Source: Candidatus Adlerbacteria bacterium (GTDB lineage Bacteria > Patescibacteriota > Minisyncoccia > Phycocordibacterales > SBAW01). Taken from it: DNA of 64,000 nt. The DNA is taken from assembly GCA_029288895.1 (NCBI GenBank), contig JARIGK010000001.1, positions 1,446 to 65,445 on the forward strand. The letters run 5' to 3'. A program made the position numbers and the translations under genes. The notes under the pieces are model-generated. The model searched no databases. It was not told the origin of the DNA and saw only the letters and a list, made by a program, of their open reading frames with translations. This document shows positions 7,826 to 16,490 of this stretch, one piece after another (position 1 is the first letter of the stretch; each line of letters begins with the position of its first letter).

Positions 7826-8431
7826 ATGAACGAACAAAACAGGCCGTGGATTTGGGGCGGTGTCGCGGTGCTCGTGGTGCTGCTCGGGCTTTGGTGGTGG
7901 CACAGCGCACATACGTCTGCCGATTTGCAGGCGGCAGATTATGGCGCCCCAGCTGCGTCGTCGACCGATGCGCTCCAGGGCCCGACCACGTCAGTTGTGG
8001 CAGAAAATCGTGGCTCGTCGACCGTGATGGGGATACTGTCTAGCCTTTCAGGAGAGTCGCGCTTTGCTGGCCTCCTTGCCAATACGGGTGTCTCGGCAAG
8101 CATCTCGGGTAAGGGCCCGTACACGGTCTTTGTGCCAACCGATGCAAGCTTTGGCATGTTGCCCTCGGGCACCATCAACAACTTGAGCGCGTCGGAATTG
8201 AAGCGCTTGGTGCAATACCATGTCATCGCGGGCAAAGCGATTGATGTAAACGCACAAGTTGCAGGCACTGTCCCAGCATTATCGAAAGACATGCTTAACT
8301 TCAGCAAGAACGTCAATGATGTCAGTGCTCGCGTTAACAGCTCGGCTGTCATCCACGCATACAAAGCATCCAATGGCGTTGTGTATGTGATCGGAGCAGT
8401 ACTGTTGCCGCCCGTATCTACAACGCACTAA
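7826..8431 (+). CDS. fasciclin (FAS1) domain protein with N-terminal membrane anchor
   Basis: GPYTVFVPTDASF, LVQYHVI and ASNGVVYVIGAVLLP FAS1 motifs; hydrophobic N-terminus. Confidence 0.92.
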   Translation: MNEQNRPWIWGGVAVLVVLLGLWWWHSAHTSADLQAADYGAPAASSTDALQGPTTSVVAENRGSSTVMGILSSLSGESRFAGLLANTGVSASISGKGPYTVFVPTDASFGMLPSGTINNLSASELKRLVQYHVIAGKAIDVNAQVAGTVPALSKDMLNFSKNVNDVSARVNSSAVIHAYKASNGVVYVIGAVLLPPVSTTH

Positions 8432-9126
8432 TGCGCGTCACTTCGACTTACCTCGCGTAACAATTTGAGGTCGTCTGACCACTTCGAGCCGTCCCACCAT
8501 TGGAGCGGCTCGAAGTTCGTTTTATAAAGTGCATGTTCTCCGTACACAGTACCCAGATAGTAATATGTAAGGCCGCGCTCTTTCGCCGCGCGAATACAAT
8601 CGAGCATGAGCCACATGCCAAGCGACTGTCGTGCGTACTCGATATTGTAAAAGGAGTACCAGTAGTGGCCCATGTCGCCATCTTCGACTTCGAGCACGTA
8701 GGCCTCGATTACTCCATTAAGTGTGTAGGTGACGACGGTCGTGATAATGCCATACGCGAACAGTGCTTCGATGCGCGGGCGCGGCATAGCGTTGGCGCCG
8801 TGCTTTTGGGCAAAGTAGGTGAGCGACAAATCCCAGAAATGATCGTCTGGCACAAACTCAGCAAATGGGATGCGCTCTATGTCGAACGTGCCGTCGAAGC
8901 GCTTTGCGATGCGGCGGTTTTCGCTTGTGAGTTCAAACTTCGGCAGCACGACGCGGGCGCTGCGGCCAGAATAAAAAATGTCGGTGCTGTTCTTTGCGCC
9001 TGAATAGGGGAGATAGCCTTCTGCGTACACATGCGCGAGCGGCTCGCCTTCGCGCATAATCCACTTTGTATCTGGGCGCGCTATGTAGATGTCGAAATCT
9101 TTGTGGGGGAGCGAGATTGATTTCAT
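8428..9126 (-). CDS. ATE/Bpt-like aminoacyl-tRNA-dependent transferase (GNAT fold)
   Basis: YSFYN...RQSLGMWLMLDCIRAAKERGLTYYYLG...YKTNFEPLQ matches the arginyl-tRNA-protein transferase C-terminal domain. Confidence 0.8.
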   Translation of the reverse strand: MKSISLPHKDFDIYIARPDTKWIMREGEPLAHVYAEGYLPYSGAKNSTDIFYSGRSARVVLPKFELTSENRRIAKRFDGTFDIERIPFAEFVPDDHFWDLSLTYFAQKHGANAMPRPRIEALFAYGIITTVVTYTLNGVIEAYVLEVEDGDMGHYWYSFYNIEYARQSLGMWLMLDCIRAAKERGLTYYYLGTVYGEHALYKTNFEPLQWWDGSKWSDDLKLLREVSRSDAH

Positions 9127-10529
9127 GCAGGAAATTGTTTCTCGGCCAATGCAGGAATGGATGCAAGCAACCCGTCGAAGCCGCCCGAGGTCAGCAACAG
9201 TACAGCGTCTGTACCTTGTAACTCGCCTTCAAGATGCGCGAGTGCTTCGGCAGGGCTCGTAATTGCCTCTGCGTCTATACCGCTTGCGTTGACGCGCGCA
9301 ACGATTTCTTCTTGTGAAAGTTGCTCGTGCGTGTCTTTGCCCTGCGATGCAGGCTCATATATATAGACACGGTCCGCACCCTGGAAGACATGGTCGTACC
9401 ACTCGAGTGCGGCGCGGTTTCGCCAACTAAACGTGTGCGGCTCAAACACGACAACAAGGCGGCGTTCGGGGAAATGTTTTTTCATCGCAGCGATGGCGCT
9501 CTTGGCCTTTTCGTACGACGAGCCAAAGCCTTCATACACAGGCACGCTTGAGCGGGGTGAGAGTAATTCCATGCGGCGCTTTACACCTTGGAACGATGCC
9601 ACACCGTGTGCCAATTCTTCCCGAGTGAGTGCGCCCTTTTCAAGCAAGAGGGCGCTTATGCCAACGATGTTTTCTATATTGTGTTCGCCAAGCAGTGTCG
9701 TTGAAAGAGAGATGATTTTTTCTTCTGCCTTCATCAGGTCAAACGTCGTGGTTGCGCCGTAGGAAATGTTTGCTGCGTGCCACGTCGATGCGTCGCGGAG
9801 CGAATACAGCACAATCTTTCCGGTATACGCGTCTGCTAATGCGCGTGCGTACTGTTCACCGCCGTTGGCAACAAGGAGGCCGTCTGCGGGGAGCGATGCG
9901 ATCAGTTGTGTAAATGGCGCGAGGTAGTCTGCGTGGGTGGGGTAGATGTTGACGTGGTCGTGCGTTGCAGATGTGAGCAAGATGCTCTGCGCGTTGTAGT
10001 GCAAAAATTTTGATTGTGCATCCCAGTTCGATGAGGGGTATTCGTCGCCTTCGAGCACAAACATAGTTCCTTGGCCGCGGTGGGCGTGCGCGTCAAAGCC
10101 GCGCGTCACTTCTCCAATAAAATAGCTCGGGTCTTTGCCTGCTTCTTTCAAACACCAGGCGAGCAATGCAGTGGATGTAGATTTCCCATAGCTGCCCGCA
10201 ACAACAATATTGTCAGTTTCTTTCGTGAGCTCTTCCAATACATCAGGGAATGACTTCACCGATTTACCGCTTTCAAATGCCGCTTGTACTTCTTCGTTTG
10301 TTTCAGGAACAAGTTTTGCGTTTTTACCGATCACTATAATGTCTGCATCAGCGGGGATATTCTCTTTTTTGTAGCCGTGGGAAAAGAGGATGTGCGCATG
10401 TTCAAGGTAGGTGCTTACGGGCGGGTAGAAGCCTTCGTCCGAGCCGCTAATGTCCCAGCCTGCTTCGCGCAAGAGTAGCGCCGTGGCGCTCATGCCTTTG
10501 CCAGCAATGCCAATAAAGTGGGCTTTCAT
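9123..10529 (-). CDS. mpl: Mpl/MurC-like UDP-MurNAc peptide ligase
   Basis: HFIGIAGKGMS, GSDEGFYPPVS, GSYGKSTST, FVLEGDEY...SKFLHY, FQGVKRRME, VFEPHTFS; closer to Mpl than to MurC. Confidence 0.75.
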   Translation of the reverse strand: MKAHFIGIAGKGMSATALLLREAGWDISGSDEGFYPPVSTYLEHAHILFSHGYKKENIPADADIIVIGKNAKLVPETNEEVQAAFESGKSVKSFPDVLEELTKETDNIVVAGSYGKSTSTALLAWCLKEAGKDPSYFIGEVTRGFDAHAHRGQGTMFVLEGDEYPSSNWDAQSKFLHYNAQSILLTSATHDHVNIYPTHADYLAPFTQLIASLPADGLLVANGGEQYARALADAYTGKIVLYSLRDASTWHAANISYGATTTFDLMKAEEKIISLSTTLLGEHNIENIVGISALLLEKGALTREELAHGVASFQGVKRRMELLSPRSSVPVYEGFGSSYEKAKSAIAAMKKHFPERRLVVVFEPHTFSWRNRAALEWYDHVFQGADRVYIYEPASQGKDTHEQLSQEEIVARVNASGIDAEAITSPAEALAHLEGELQGTDAVLLLTSGGFDGLLASIPALAEKQFPA

Positions 10530-10559
10530 ATACGCCATGCTAGCACCTCATCAGATAAA

Positions 10560-10590
10560 GAAAAAACCGTTCCCTAGGTAGGGAACGGTT
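10560..10590 (-). terminator. intrinsic terminator
   Basis: AACCGTTCCCTA-gg-TAGGGAACGGTT stem with minus-strand T tract. Confidence 0.75.
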
Positions 10591-10594
10591 GATC

Positions 10595-11482
10595 TCACGA
10601 TTGTCGGACAGCAGCCATCAGACAGCGCAACTGCTTGTCGTTATTGCGCGTCGTATGGAAACCTTCGGGCAGATAGGCGTGGCGTGTTTCCACGTTGATG
10701 CGATAGTGCCCGAATTGTTCGCGAATGATCACGGGGAGGTCGATACCGAACATCGTGCCGTCCAGTTCTTTGAGAGCTTCGTCGCCGAAGCGAGACGGGA
10801 CATGCGTGTAGAGTTTCGGGTTGCGTCGCCTGTACTCCTCCTCTTTGACCTTCCGAGGATCGCGCTCGAAGTCGAAGTGCTCGGGCGGAATGGCCCACAT
10901 AACATGCGCTTCGACTTCTTGAGGTCTGAAAAGCGTACCTTTTGCCGTGCAGATGCCTTTCAGCTTCTGCACGGCTGAATCAACAACGCTCTCGTTTTCT
11001 CTTCCTCGTTCGGTGCCGTCGGAGTCGATCCACTTCTTGTCGACAAGGCACCAAAGCCCAGCGTGGAGGAAGAGGACGATGTGGCCGTAGATGAGTATGA
11101 TCATCGGGCAACCGCCGACACTAAAGACGCCTGCGTCGCCGGGGCGGCGCAGAAACGTCCCGTCGGCGTACACAGCTTTGTTCGTGCTCCGGTGCATCGT
11201 GATGTTGCGGCCAATAGGGAACGCGACATCAAGAGCGTCGGGGTCGATGATCTTGGCGTTGAAGTCGGTTGGGGTCGGTGCGTAGACATGGGTGGCGCCC
11301 ATGTCGCGCAGCGCCAGGCTCACGCGCCCACAGAGCTCCGACTTTTCTCGAGCCGCGGCTTCGCTGTAGAGGCCTGCAAGCGACCAGTTAGGGCCGCTCA
11401 TGCAGCTCATAGCGATTGTGACGCCGCTTCGGCTTTCGATGACGGTTTCAACGGGAGTGATTCCACGGGTCAGAATGTCCAC
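10595..11482 (-). CDS. divergent YfiH/PgeF (laccase-domain) family protein
   Basis: ADGTF...SVGGCPMIIL...LHAGLW corresponds to ADA..T..ADC.PV...HAGW; IDLP...REQF; GTG start with SD AAGGAG. Confidence 0.7.
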   Translation of the reverse strand: MDILTRGITPVETVIESRSGVTIAMSCMSGPNWSLAGLYSEAAAREKSELCGRVSLALRDMGATHVYAPTPTDFNAKIIDPDALDVAFPIGRNITMHRSTNKAVYADGTFLRRPGDAGVFSVGGCPMIILIYGHIVLFLHAGLWCLVDKKWIDSDGTERGRENESVVDSAVQKLKGICTAKGTLFRPQEVEAHVMWAIPPEHFDFERDPRKVKEEEYRRRNPKLYTHVPSRFGDEALKELDGTMFGIDLPVIIREQFGHYRINVETRHAYLPEGFHTTRNNDKQLRCLMAAVRQS

Positions 11483-11525
11483 CGGTATCTCCTTTTGGGA
11501 TCAGTGAAAGGGCAGTTCGAACGTT

Positions 11526-11554
11526 AGAATGCGTAAATTTTCTTTAAATGTCAA
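11526..11554 (-). promoter_or_regulatory. sigma70-type promoter for the YfiH-like gene
   Basis: TTGACA-17 nt-CATTCT on minus strand. Confidence 0.55.
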
Positions 11555-11566
11555 TCAAACTTCATG

Positions 11567-11600
11567 AAAAAGAAAAACCCAGGTCTTGGAAGACCTGGGT
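11567..11600 (-). terminator. intrinsic terminator
   Basis: ACCCAGGTCTT-gg-AAGACCTGGGT stem with minus-strand T tract. Confidence 0.75.
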
Positions 11601-11632
11601 CATGTTCAATTCGCTGCCCTGATGAGGCAAGG

Positions 11633-12154
11633 CTAGCCGTTGGCGCCGCCGACGGAGAGCTGGAGCGAACCGGACCAGCGATGGCCGAGCGGATAGTTGC
11701 CGGCCATGATCTGGTACTTCACCTTGTCGTGATATTGGTCACGAGCAACGCGTCCATCACCGCCGACGGGCCACTTGTTGATGCGACCGTTGCCATCCGC
11801 GGGCTTGATGACGCCGTTCTCGTTGCCGATTCCGCCCGTGCCGGTGCCCGGCCCGAACTTCATCTGCGCGACCAGGCCTTCGAAGGGATCCTTGAGCACT
11901 TCGCCGACACCTTCGCTCGCGGCGAGGATGTGCAGAGTGCCAGGATCGATGATCGTCTGTTCGATCGGCATCATGGAGATCTGGTTGGCCATCTTGATGG
12001 CGTCCAGGTTCATGCCGACGATCTTGTCGGTCGGTCCGATCACGACGATGTTGAACCCGCGCAGGTCGAGGTTCTTGTCGATCGCCAGGGCCGGTGCGCC
12101 CATCACGGGGAGCCCAATAAGCGCCACCGCTGTTACCAAAGCTTTCTTCATCAT
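11633..12154 (-). CDS. secreted hypothetical protein
   Basis: Sec signal peptide MKKALVTAVALIGLPVMGAPALA, SD AGGAGG, own terminator, strong C/G third-position bias. Confidence 0.8.
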   Translation of the reverse strand: MMKKALVTAVALIGLPVMGAPALAIDKNLDLRGFNIVVIGPTDKIVGMNLDAIKMANQISMMPIEQTIIDPGTLHILAASEGVGEVLKDPFEGLVAQMKFGPGTGTGGIGNENGVIKPADGNGRINKWPVGGDGRVARDQYHDKVKYQIMAGNYPLGHRWSGSLQLSVGGANG

Positions 12155-12299
12155 CTCCTCCTGAGTGAGAGTTTAGACGCGTACGCTTTGCAAATCTAAA
12201 AAAGAACTCCACCCCCTTTCACCTATGAGCATTTCATAGTGGGCCAATTATGCAAGAGCTAGACGTGCATAAGGATGTCGTGTCTGGTATCACTTATGT

Positions 12300-12962
12300 A
12301 TGTCAAAGCTTTCTGTCGTCGCGACCCCTATAGGCAACTTGGAAGATATAACCCTCCGCGCGCTGCGCATATTAAAGGAGGCGGACATCGTCGCGTGCGA
12401 AGATACGCGCGTCACCAAAAAGCTGCTCGCGCACTTTGATATTCATACACCCACCGCAACGCATGCGCGCGTGCTATCACTTTTAGAAGAAGGTAAACAT
12501 GTGGCGCTTGTGTCTGATGCAGGGAGTCCTGGTGTGTCGGACCCAGGTTTGGAAATTGTTTCCCACGCTCGCGACGCGGGCCACACAATAGAAGTCATTC
12601 CAGGTGCTTCTGCACTTGCGGCTGCTATTTCTATCGCAGGCCTGCGCGCGCCAACATTTACCTTCTATGGGTTTTTGCCAACCAAAAAGGGGAGAGAAAC
12701 ACTCTTTAAAGAAATTGCAGAAAGTACTCGCGCAAGCGTCTTCTACGAATCACCGCACCGGATTGTTAAAACAGTCGAGAAGCTATACGAATTACTCGGC
12801 AGTACGGGTAAAGGGCACGTGAGGCGCGTGGGACTTTTCCGCGAGCTGACCAAGATGTTCGAAGAGCACATTGTAGGTACGCCGGCCGAGATTTTGGAGG
12901 CTTTCGAGAGTGACGCCAACAAGCAGCGGGGCGAATTTGTCGTCATTGTGGAGGCGGCCTAG
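12300..12962 (+). CDS. rsmI: 16S rRNA (cytidine1402-2'-O)-methyltransferase
   Basis: VATPIGNLEDIT, ACEDTR, LVSDAG-x-PG-x-SDPG, FYESPHR, RELTKMFEE. Confidence 0.96.
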   Translation: MSKLSVVATPIGNLEDITLRALRILKEADIVACEDTRVTKKLLAHFDIHTPTATHARVLSLLEEGKHVALVSDAGSPGVSDPGLEIVSHARDAGHTIEVIPGASALAAAISIAGLRAPTFTFYGFLPTKKGRETLFKEIAESTRASVFYESPHRIVKTVEKLYELLGSTGKGHVRRVGLFRELTKMFEEHIVGTPAEILEAFESDANKQRGEFVVIVEAA

Positions 12963-12983
12963 CGGTTGTGCTACCATGTGGGC

Positions 12984-13232
12984 ATGTCTCGAGAAATGAC
13001 GCTCATCGTGCTGGGTATTTTGACCATCGTTATTCCGTATACCGGCTTCCCAAGCGCATGGCGTACCGCAGCGCTTGTCTTGTGCGGCGCGGCAGTGGCA
13101 CTCATCGGCTTTATGATGCGCGGCCAAGCACTCGGCAAATCTTCTGCTACGAACGAACATCATCCATTTCAAGAAAGCATGCGCCCTGTAAGTGACATCC
13201 GTCCAAGTGGGATGGAAGAACAGCTGAGCTAA
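12984..13232 (+). CDS. small two-TM membrane protein
   Basis: Two hydrophobic helices separated by PYTGFPSAW; TGnTACCAT 6 nt upstream of ATG. Confidence 0.7.
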   Translation: MSREMTLIVLGILTIVIPYTGFPSAWRTAALVLCGAAVALIGFMMRGQALGKSSATNEHHPFQESMRPVSDIRPSGMEEQLS

Positions 13233-13273
13233 AGTCTTTTCTTCATATTGTGCTGGTATACTTCTAGAAAGGT

Positions 13274-15076
13274 ATGCAGCAGGATCCGCAGAAAGTTACA
13301 TACATTGCACAAACAAACTCGCGCGGCAAAGCGATGCCGTTTGGTATTAAGCGCCGCGACCGCGAGCGCCACATGTATATCATCGGCAAGACGGGCATGG
13401 GTAAATCAACCTTGCTCGAGAACATGGCCATCCAGGATATCCGCAACGGCGAGGGTATGGCCTTTATCGACCCGCACGGCTCCACGGCAGACCGCTTGCT
13501 TGAATATGTACCAGAACACCGGATCAAAGACGTGGTGTACTTTGCGCCGTTCGATATGGACCACCCTGTGGCCTTTAACGTCATGGAAGACGTGGGCTAC
13601 GACAAGCGCCACTTAGTTGTCTCGGGGTTGCTTTCTGCGTTTAAAAAATTGTGGGTGGATGCATTTAGCGCCCGCATGGAGTACATCTTGTCCAACACAT
13701 TGTTGGCGCTTTTGGAGTACCCAGGCGCAACACTTCTGGATGTGAACCGCATGCTCGTCAACAAAAACTTCCGCAAAAAAGTTGTTGAGAATATCAGCGA
13801 TCCAGTTGTGAAGGCATTTTGGGCAGAAGAATTTGCAAACTACACCGACCGCTATACGCAAGAAGCGACGCCGGCAATTCAAAACAAAATCGGCCAGTTC
13901 ACGAGCAACCCTCTGATTCGCAACATTGTGGGGCAGCCCAAGTCGTCGTTCGACATACGCCAGCTGATGGATGAGAAAAAAATCATCATCATGAACCTCT
14001 CGAAGGGGCGCGTGGGCGAAGTAAATGCAAACCTGCTTGGCTCGATGCTCGTCACCAAAATTTATTTGGCAGCGATGTCGCGCGCCGATGTGCCGGCACG
14101 CACGCTTACTGAGCTTCCGTCATTCTACTTTTACGTCGACGAATTCCAGAACTTTGCGAACGAAAGCTTTGCCGACATTTTGTCGGAGGCTCGTAAATAT
14201 AAATTGAATCTCATCATCGCGCACCAATATATAGAACAGATGGAAGAAGAGGTGCGCAACGCCGTGTTCGGCAACGTTGGTACGACGGTGGCCTTCCGTG
14301 TGGGGCCCTTTGATGCCGAGGTGCTCGAGACCATCTTCCAGCCGCAGTTTAGCCAGTCGGACTTGGTGAACTTGGGGTTTGCGCAGGTGTATATGACGCT
14401 CATGATTGACGGCGTTGGTTCGCCGCCGTTTTCGGCAACGACAATGGCGCCGTTTGACCAGCCGCCTGCAAAATTTGTTGAACAAGTTATAGAAAGCTCG
14501 CGCTCGCAGTTTGCCAAGAGACGCCAGGATGTCGAAAAAGCGCTTGTAGAGTGGAGCGAGCCCGACAGCATGGTTCAGAAAAAAGCTCCAGCTCCAGCGG
14601 CACAGAAACCAGTTTCTCCCGAGCCTGCGCGAAACTTTTCGACCGGTGCTGCCGCGCCTACCAACGTTTCGGCTAAGCCTATTTCTGCTTCGCCCAAACA
14701 CGACGTGTCGCGGATGCCGAAGCAGAATTTTGCCGCGGTTCCCCAGAACCGATCGGAAAATTCTGCGCAGGCTTCGTCCACACCTATGAAGCCAAAGGCG
14801 CCAGAGAGGCCGCCGATAGAAGGTGCAACCAGTTTGAAAGAAGCACTTCTGCAGGCGCAAGCGCACGCAAAAAAACCAGACGAAAAGCCAGAGCAGCACG
14901 CAGTCGTTCGAGAGCCACAGATGCCGGCCGCACAACAACCCTCTTCAAACAATTATCAACCAACGCTTAAAGAAGCGCTTGGCAAAATAGTAGGGGACAA
15001 AACTCCTACATCAATGCCTGCAGAGACGCTCCGCGATATGCTTCGCGTCGATGAACCAGGTAAAACAGCTCAGTAA
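13274..15076 (+). CDS. VirD4/TraD/HerA-like ATPase (T4SS coupling-protein domain) with low-complexity C-terminal tail
   Basis: HMYIIGKTGMGKS Walker A, FIDPHG, FYVDEFQNF Walker B, LSEARKY, AHQY..Q, VFGNVGT; no TM segments. Confidence 0.9.
   Translation: MQQDPQKVTYIAQTNSRGKAMPFGIKRRDRERHMYIIGKTGMGKSTLLENMAIQDIRNGEGMAFIDPHGSTADRLLEYVPEHRIKDVVYFAPFDMDHPVAFNVMEDVGYDKRHLVVSGLLSAFKKLWVDAFSARMEYILSNTLLALLEYPGATLLDVNRMLVNKNFRKKVVENISDPVVKAFWAEEFANYTDRYTQEATPAIQNKIGQFTSNPLIRNIVGQPKSSFDIRQLMDEKKIIIMNLSKGRVGEVNANLLGSMLVTKIYLAAMSRADVPARTLTELPSFYFYVDEFQNFANESFADILSEARKYKLNLIIAHQYIEQMEEEVRNAVFGNVGTTVAFRVGPFDAEVLETIFQPQFSQSDLVNLGFAQVYMTLMIDGVGSPPFSATTMAPFDQPPAKFVEQVIESSRSQFAKRRQDVEKALVEWSEPDSMVQKKAPAPAAQKPVSPEPARNFSTGAAAPTNVSAKPISASPKHDVSRMPKQNFAAVPQNRSENSAQASSTPMKPKAPERPPIEGATSLKEALLQAQAHAKKPDEKPEQHAVVREPQMPAAQQPSSNNYQPTLKEALGKIVGDKTPTSMPAETLRDMLRVDEPGKTAQ
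14619..14692 (+). repeat. intragenic palindromic element, copy 1
   Basis: CCGAGCCTGCGCGAAACTTTTC...TTCTGCTTCG; 21/22 nt identical to 16168-16189; 14643-14691 matches 58069-58117 at 40/49 nt. Confidence 0.7.
14713..14775 (-). repeat. intragenic palindromic element, copy 2 (inverted)
   Basis: Reverse complement GAAGCCTGCGCAGAATTTTCCGATCGGTTCTGGGGAACCGCGGCAAAATTCTGCTTCGGCATC aligns end to end with 16170-16231, including a 15-nt exact match. Confidence 0.7.
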
Positions 15077-16469
15077 CGTTCTCTTTCTCGCAAGTGTGAT
15101 GTTCGTGTGCTGCACGCCCATAAGGGCGTTTGCGGCAGTGCAGATTACAGAAATTATGTACGACGTGCCAGGTACCGACACCGGTCGCGAATGGGTCGAA
15201 GTCACGAACACGGGCTCTGTGGCCGAAGACTTGGGTGCGTACAGATTATTCGAAGGCAATACCAACCACAGCATCACAGTGTTGTCGGGCAGCGGCATAT
15301 TGGTTGCGGGTGCATCTGCAGTAGTTGTCGAAGATGGTGCAAAGTTCGCTGCCGACTGGCCGTCGTATGCGGGGCCGGTGCTCAAAAGTTCGTTCTCACT
15401 TTCAAACACGGGCGAGACGATAGGGATAAAAGATTCGTCGCTCACGCTCGTTGATTCGGCGACGTACGATTCGAGTATGGGTGCCGCGGGCGATGGAAAT
15501 TCTTTGCAGCGCTCGGGCGCTACGTTTGCAGCAGGTGCGGCCAACCCGGGCACATATAGCGGCAGCGCATCACCGAGCACACCAAACCAACAACAGAGTT
15601 CGTCATCGCCCCCTGCTCCTGGGCAAACGCAGCAAGTGAGCGCAGGCACCGTAAGCGGACCTGCGTCCTTGTCAATTGATATCGATGCAGAACCATACGT
15701 GCTCGTAGGGGCGGGGTCGTTCTTTACTGGTTCGGCGAGCGATGACAAAGGCCAAAAATCAGACGCTCGGTACATCTGGAGCTTTGGCGACGGCGCAACA
15801 GAAATAGGGCAGACGGTCTTCCATTCATTCACATACCCGGGCACATATATAGTCGAGCTCTCTGCCGGATGGGGCGTGCAGGCTGGCATTGGTCGTATCA
15901 CTGTCGAAGCTGCGCCACCGCAGGTCGGGTTGCTTGTAGAACCTGATGGATCGATTGCTGTTATGAACAAAGCGCAGAACGAACTCAACCTTGGGCTTTG
16001 GAGCATTACTTCTGGCACAACAACGTTTGTGATCCCAGAACACACCATCCTCATGGCGCACGGCAGTGTCCGCTTCGCAACATCGGTAATGCATATGAGT
16101 GCAGGGCAGGACGCAGCACTCAGGTATCCCAATCAAACATTCGTCGCTGGAGCCATTCCGGTACATGCCGAGCCTGCGCAAAACTTTTCCAGCGGTTCTT
16201 CCGAACCGGGAGAAAGTTCTGCTTCGGCATCAGCTAAGTCTCGAGTAGGTTCTGCCGCAAAGATACAGGCCACTACAGAAAAGACTTCTTCAACTACGCC
16301 AACCATTCTTGTGGCTGCAGCTGGGCAGAGTGGATTTTCGCTGCCGCTGTGGTCGTATGTATTGGGTGGGGCAGGGTTCGTGTTTCTTGGGATTGGCGGG
16401 GCCTCGTATGTAGGCTTTCCGCGCCGCAAGGTAACTAATATCGGTACAGATGAGTTTGAGATAGAATAA
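15051..16469 (+). CDS. surface protein with lamin-tail domain(s), PKD domain and C-terminal TM anchor
   Basis: VQITEIMYDVPGTDTGREWVEVTN (LTD), YIWSFGDG...HSFTYPGTYIVEL (PKD), signal-like N-terminus, C-terminal TM followed by RRK. Confidence 0.88.
   Translation: MNQVKQLSNVLFLASVMFVCCTPIRAFAAVQITEIMYDVPGTDTGREWVEVTNTGSVAEDLGAYRLFEGNTNHSITVLSGSGILVAGASAVVVEDGAKFAADWPSYAGPVLKSSFSLSNTGETIGIKDSSLTLVDSATYDSSMGAAGDGNSLQRSGATFAAGAANPGTYSGSASPSTPNQQQSSSSPPAPGQTQQVSAGTVSGPASLSIDIDAEPYVLVGAGSFFTGSASDDKGQKSDARYIWSFGDGATEIGQTVFHSFTYPGTYIVELSAGWGVQAGIGRITVEAAPPQVGLLVEPDGSIAVMNKAQNELNLGLWSITSGTTTFVIPEHTILMAHGSVRFATSVMHMSAGQDAALRYPNQTFVAGAIPVHAEPAQNFSSGSSEPGESSASASAKSRVGSAAKIQATTEKTSSTTPTILVAAAGQSGFSLPLWSYVLGGAGFVFLGIGGASYVGFPRRKVTNIGTDEFEIE
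16165..16231 (+). repeat. intragenic palindromic element, copy 3
   Basis: ATGCCGA...TCGGCAT terminal inverted repeat around AAACTTTT/CGGTTC-ttcc-GAACCG/AAAGTT hairpin. Confidence 0.7.
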
Positions 16470-16490
16470 GGCTACCCTTAGCCTTTTTCT

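Noticed and set aside
11564-12199. 211-aa plus-strand ORF and other long antisense ORFs (e.g. 15011-16132, 16856-17956, 50300-51166)
   Set aside because: Shadows of real genes on the opposite strand caused by codon bias; no motifs or initiation signals.
13274-15076. Conjugative element or full type IV secretion system
   Set aside because: Only the coupling-protein-like ATPase is present; no relaxase, VirB4 or oriT evidence.
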